53,433 nt of DNA, taken from Cyanobacteria bacterium P01_A01_bin.123 (lineage in GTDB: Bacteria; Cyanobacteriota; Cyanobacteriia; Phormidesmidales; Phormidesmidaceae). Position numbers and translations under genes: made by a program. The stretch is taken from NCBI GenBank assembly GCA_039815185.1, contig JBCBZT010000051.1:1-53433 (forward strand). The letters run 5' to 3'. Below, piece after piece: positions 50,603-53,433 of this stretch. Position 1 is the first letter of the stretch; every line of letters begins with the position of its first letter. The notes below the pieces were generated by a model. That model made no database searches, was not told where the DNA came from, and saw only the letters and a list, made by a program, of their open reading frames with translations.

Positions 50603-52555
50603 CCAACCAAACAGGAAGCCGATAACCGTCTAGATCGGACGTCATCGGGTAGAAAGTCGGACATCGCCGATTGGTTCTATATACCTTGCTGGAAACAATC
50701 GCCACCACTAATACCTATCGAACAAGAAGCATTAACTTTACGAAAGTCATACATTCTGGTGTTCATTGATGAGTGCAACTTAGGGACTCAATTGTTGAAA
50801 CCACTGGTTAAAGATTATCAGGAAGCGATTGTGGTCAAAATTGGGACAGAGTTTACTCAACTCAGTGAAGGTCTATATACTCTCAATCCTGTAGAAAGCG
50901 ATGGGTATGATGCCTTACTCAAAGAACTTTTAGAGCAACGAAAGTTGCCCAAAAAGATTGTTCATTTATGGAACGTTACATCTGTAAATGGAACTGAACC
51001 AACGCTTACGAGTGTTAAGAAAGCTCAAGCATCAGGATTCTACAGCCTTTTGTTTCTTATCCGAGCATTAGAAAAACAGGATTTTAATAAGCAATTGCAA
51101 ATTACGGTTATCTCCAACAACATGCAATCGGTGATAGGAGAAGAGGTATTCTCCCCAGAGAAGATAACTCTACTTGGGCCAGTCAAAGTAATTCCGCAAG
51201 AGTATCCAAATATTAGCTGTTGCAGCATTGATGTAGTTCTTCCGGACGCCGGAAATTGGCAGCCGCCGGTCATAGATCAGCTCCTCACAGAACTAAGGCT
51301 ACCTATCTCTGAGCGAGTAATTGCCTACCGTGGTAATCACCGTTGGATACAAACATTTGAGCATGTTCAACTGGATGAATCTCTTGAGGAGAGATCGCAA
51401 TTGAGAGAAGGAGGCGTCTATCTGATTACCGGTGGACTCGGAGGCATTGGACTGATACTGGCAAAACATTTGGCCAAGATGGTACGTGCTAAACTTATCT
51501 TAACTGGACGTGCAGTTATTCCAGCTCGAGAAGAGTGGTCAAGTTGGCTAGCGACTCACTCGGAGACTGATGTCATTAGCTACAAGATTCGAAAAGTACA
51601 AGAACTCGAAGCGTTAGGTGCAGAGGTTCTGGTGCTGAGTGCCAACGTAGCGAACTTAGCGCAAATGGAAGAGGCAGTTGCTCAAGCTCAACAGCAGTTT
51701 GGTCAACTCCATGGGCTCATCCACGCTGCCGGGATCATTGGAGGAAAATCATTTGATACTATTGCGCAGCTTAGTGAAACTGAGTGTGAACAGCAATTTC
51801 AATCCAAAGTCTATGGACTTTTAGTCTTAGAAAAAGTCTTACATGATAAGGAGCTGGATTTTTGTTTATTGATGTCTTCTTTATCATCAGTTTTAGGAGG
51901 GTTGAGATATGTTGCTTATGGGGCCGCAAACCTCTTCATGGATGCATTTACTTATCAGCATAACCAGACCTCTCCTATCCCCTGGCTCAGTGTAAATTGG
52001 GATGCTTGGAAAGATGACGGAGAAAAGCAAGCTGAATTTAGTCAAACTAGTTTGGCTAAATTTGCTTTCACCCCAGAGGAAGGTGTTAAGGTATTACAGC
52101 GTATTTTATCTAGAAATGAATTTTACGATCAGATAATCGTTTCAACTGGAGACTTACAATCTAGGCTCAGAAAATGGATTATTCCTCTCCTTCATAGTGA
52201 GAGAGACATAAACCAAGAGTCTTCACTTTATCCAAGACCAGATTTACAGAATGTTTTTGTTCCTCCTAGGAATGAGATAGAGAAAAAGCTTGCTAATATC
52301 TGGCAAAATCTTCTTGGCATAGAACAGGTAGGAAGCCACGACAACTTTTTTGAACTCGGTGGTGATTCGTTGCTAGCCACACAAATTATATCGCGGGTAA
52401 ACAAGACATTTCATGCCGATTTATCCATAAGCAATATGTTTGAAAAACCTACTGTCGCTGGCACATTAGAACAAGTCAAAAACGCTGGGTTGATGTTCCC
52501 AAAACAGCAAAACATTGCTGCTGCTTTAGATGAACGTGAGGAGGGAGTGCTGTGA
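47954..52555 (+). CDS. Type I PKS module 3: KS-AT-KR-ACP
   Basis: TACSTS, GHSIG/HAFH, TGGLGGIG/YGAAN, GGDSL; docking tail DEREEGVL. Confidence 0.94.
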   Translation: MKGSHLHNMNGSEIAIVGMSGRFPGARDIDAFWQNLQDGIESTSFFSDSELTSSGVSPTLLSDPGYVKAKPILSDVELFDAEFFGFSPKEAEMMDPQHRLFLEHAWEALENAGYNPEAYDGLIGVYAGVDINSYLLNNVYPCYGNVLDLQTLIGNATDYLSTRVSYKLNLKGPSVTVQTACSTSLVSVHMACQSLLSGECDLSLAGGISLTVPQKVGYSYQEGGIASSDGHCRAFDAEAKGTIFGEGVGVVALKRLTDALADGDCIYATIKGSAINNDGALKAGYTAPSRDGQAAVISEAQAVAEINPETITYIEAHGTGTALGDPIEIAALTQVFRRSTDKEKFCAIGSVKTNVGHLMTAAGVTSLIKTILGLKNRLIPPSLHFESPNPKIDFANSPFYVNTQLSPWKTNGTPRRAGVSSFGVGGTNAHVVLEEAPLVEASGPSRPWQLLLLSAKTNSALETATTNLAQYLQGNLNLADVAYTLSVGRKAFNHRRMLVVQDIEAAKTALSRDGSEPVLSHLQEPGGYPVVFMFSGQGAQYVNMAQELYQSEATFAEQIDICCELLKPHLGLDLRQVLYPDPEQLASASEQLQQTALAQPALFVIEYALAQLWQEWGVCPKAMMGHSIGEYVAATLAGVWSLEDALALVAVRGKLMQGLPSGSMLAVPLSEEEVLPLLDEKLSLAVINGPATCVVSGTTEAIEVLERQLASQGVDSRRLHTSHAFHSSMMEPILETFTARVKQVQLSAPQIPYLSNVTGTWITAEEATSPTYWAKHLRQPVRWASGLDVLMEDPSQILVEIGPGRTLTTLAKRHPEQVPKQVVLSCIRHPQETVSDVAFLLKTVGQLWLAGVDVDWSGFYAHEQRHRLPLPTYPFERQRYWVEPTKQEADNRLDRTSSGRKSDIADWFYIPCWKQSPPLIPIEQEALTLRKSYILVFIDECNLGTQLLKPLVKDYQEAIVVKIGTEFTQLSEGLYTLNPVESDGYDALLKELLEQRKLPKKIVHLWNVTSVNGTEPTLTSVKKAQASGFYSLLFLIRALEKQDFNKQLQITVISNNMQSVIGEEVFSPEKITLLGPVKVIPQEYPNISCCSIDVVLPDAGNWQPPVIDQLLTELRLPISERVIAYRGNHRWIQTFEHVQLDESLEERSQLREGGVYLITGGLGGIGLILAKHLAKMVRAKLILTGRAVIPAREEWSSWLATHSETDVISYKIRKVQELEALGAEVLVLSANVANLAQMEEAVAQAQQQFGQLHGLIHAAGIIGGKSFDTIAQLSETECEQQFQSKVYGLLVLEKVLHDKELDFCLLMSSLSSVLGGLRYVAYGAANLFMDAFTYQHNQTSPIPWLSVNWDAWKDDGEKQAEFSQTSLAKFAFTPEEGVKVLQRILSRNEFYDQIIVSTGDLQSRLRKWIIPLLHSERDINQESSLYPRPDLQNVFVPPRNEIEKKLANIWQNLLGIEQVGSHDNFFELGGDSLLATQIISRVNKTFHADLSISNMFEKPTVAGTLEQVKNAGLMFPKQQNIAAALDEREEGVL

Positions 52556-53433
52556 AACCCGTCAACGAATTATTATCTTATTTTCAAAGCCTAGATGTCA
52601 GGCTCTGGGTTGATGGTGCGCAGCTACACTATAGTGCTCCTCAAGGAACACTGACGCCGACTTTGAAATCTCAGCTAATAGAGCGCAAATCAGAAATAAT
52701 TGAATTTCTTCAGAGAGGTAGTACTGACTCAAGTTCTGATGCTAAATCAATTCTGCCCATCTCAAGAGATATAGAGCTACCCCTATCCTTTGCTCAGCAG
52801 AGACTATGGTTTCTCCAACAGTTAGAACCTGATAACCCTTTTTACAATGAAAATTTCGTTATACGGCTCACAGGAGTGCTTAATGTAGCAGCACTAGAAC
52901 AGAGTCTAAAGTTCATTGTGCAACGTCATGAGTCCCTGCGCACTGCCTTCAAGGCAGTGGGAGAACAAACAATTCAAGTTATTGCTCCTGAATTGTTTAT
53001 AGACCTGTTGCTGATCAACCTACAGAATTTTCCAGAAACTACGAAAGAGGCTGAGTTGCAGCGATTAGCAACCGAGCAACTCCAAAATCCTTTTGATTTA
53101 GCTCAAGATTCCTTAGTTCGCTGGATGCTTCTAAAGCTATGCGATCACGAGCATGTGTTGCTAGTTACTATGCATCACATTGTTTTTGATGGTTGGTCAG
53201 TGAGTATACTCCTTCATGAGTTATCGACCCTTTACCAAGCCTTCTCTACCGGAAAACCTGCATTGTTGCCTGAGTTGTCAATTCAATATGCGGACTTTGC
53301 TGTTTGGCAGCGACAGCAGTTGAAGGGAGAAAAACTAGAGTCTGAACTCTCTTATTGGAAGCAGCAACTCAACAATGCTCCGCCTCTGCTGCAACTCCCC
53401 ACAGATCGGCCAAGGCCCTTAGCTCAGACTTAC
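52552..53433 (+). CDS. NRPS, 5' part only: docking domain plus condensation domain
   Basis: Not in the ORF track. GTGA overlap with the PKS3 stop; MKPVNELLSYF..LWVDG..LPLSFAQQRLWFL..RHESLRT..MHHIVFDGWS..QYADFAVWQR; open to the window end. Confidence 0.93.
   Translation, partial: MKPVNELLSYFQSLDVRLWVDGAQLHYSAPQGTLTPTLKSQLIERKSEIIEFLQRGSTDSSSDAKSILPISRDIELPLSFAQQRLWFLQQLEPDNPFYNENFVIRLTGVLNVAALEQSLKFIVQRHESLRTAFKAVGEQTIQVIAPELFIDLLLINLQNFPETTKEAELQRLATEQLQNPFDLAQDSLVRWMLLKLCDHEHVLLVTMHHIVFDGWSVSILLHELSTLYQAFSTGKPALLPELSIQYADFAVWQRQQLKGEKLESELSYWKQQLNNAPPLLQLPTDRPRPLAQTY

Larger units (their letters stand above)
22373..53433 (+). other. Salicylate-primed hybrid NRPS-PKS biosynthetic operon (putative siderophore/metallophore); continues beyond the window
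   Basis: Eleven co-oriented genes, several overlapping; TEII, MbtH and iron-uptake genes lie upstream. Confidence 0.92.

Noticed and set aside
28837..51273. Many short antisense or alternate-frame ORFs inside the NRPS/PKS genes, some similar to each other
   Set aside because: Shadows of long coding frames; their similarity reflects the duplicated KS/AT DNA.
22373..53433. Naming the cluster as anachelin, leptochelin, yersiniabactin or pyochelin
   Set aside because: Module content does not fit yersiniabactin, pyochelin or anachelin as I know them; leptochelin cannot be tested without a database, and the cluster is incomplete.

Overview
Cyanobacterial accessory region, probably on a plasmid or ICE (frequent HIP1 GCGATCGC, AMIN-domain TonB receptor, MobF relaxase). 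From left to right: (1) a MobF relaxase/helicase cut at its 3' end by IS debris (1-3.5 kb); (2) a minus-strand siderophore uptake/export cassette (TonB-dependent receptor, FhuD-like lipoprotein, MFS exporter) whose Fur-box promoter is tandemly duplicated; (3) a 2.55 kb element with terminal inverted repeats and an 8-bp target duplication whose only large gene is a large serine recombinase, then an intact IS5/IS903-like element; (4) a DUF3102 fusion gene and NRPS accessory genes (type II thioesterase, MbtH, two uncharacterised genes); (5) an IS graveyard (ISKra4, IS66, IS5, IS1, IS630) around a truncated TPR gene; (6) from 22.4 kb to the window end, the 5' part of a salicylate-primed hybrid NRPS-PKS cluster: ACP, AcpS-1, aryl-CoA ligase, salicylate synthase, AcpS-2, KSIII-ACP, Cy-A(Cys)-PCP, two KS-AT-MT-KR/DH-ER-ACP PKSs, KS-AT-KR-ACP, and a partial NRPS. 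Most notable: the recombinase-only TIR/TSD element, two AcpS paralogues with complementary motif losses, a KSIII-based aryl starter relay, and DH-ER didomains inserted inside the KR domains. All family calls come from motif recognition by eye; no database searches were run.
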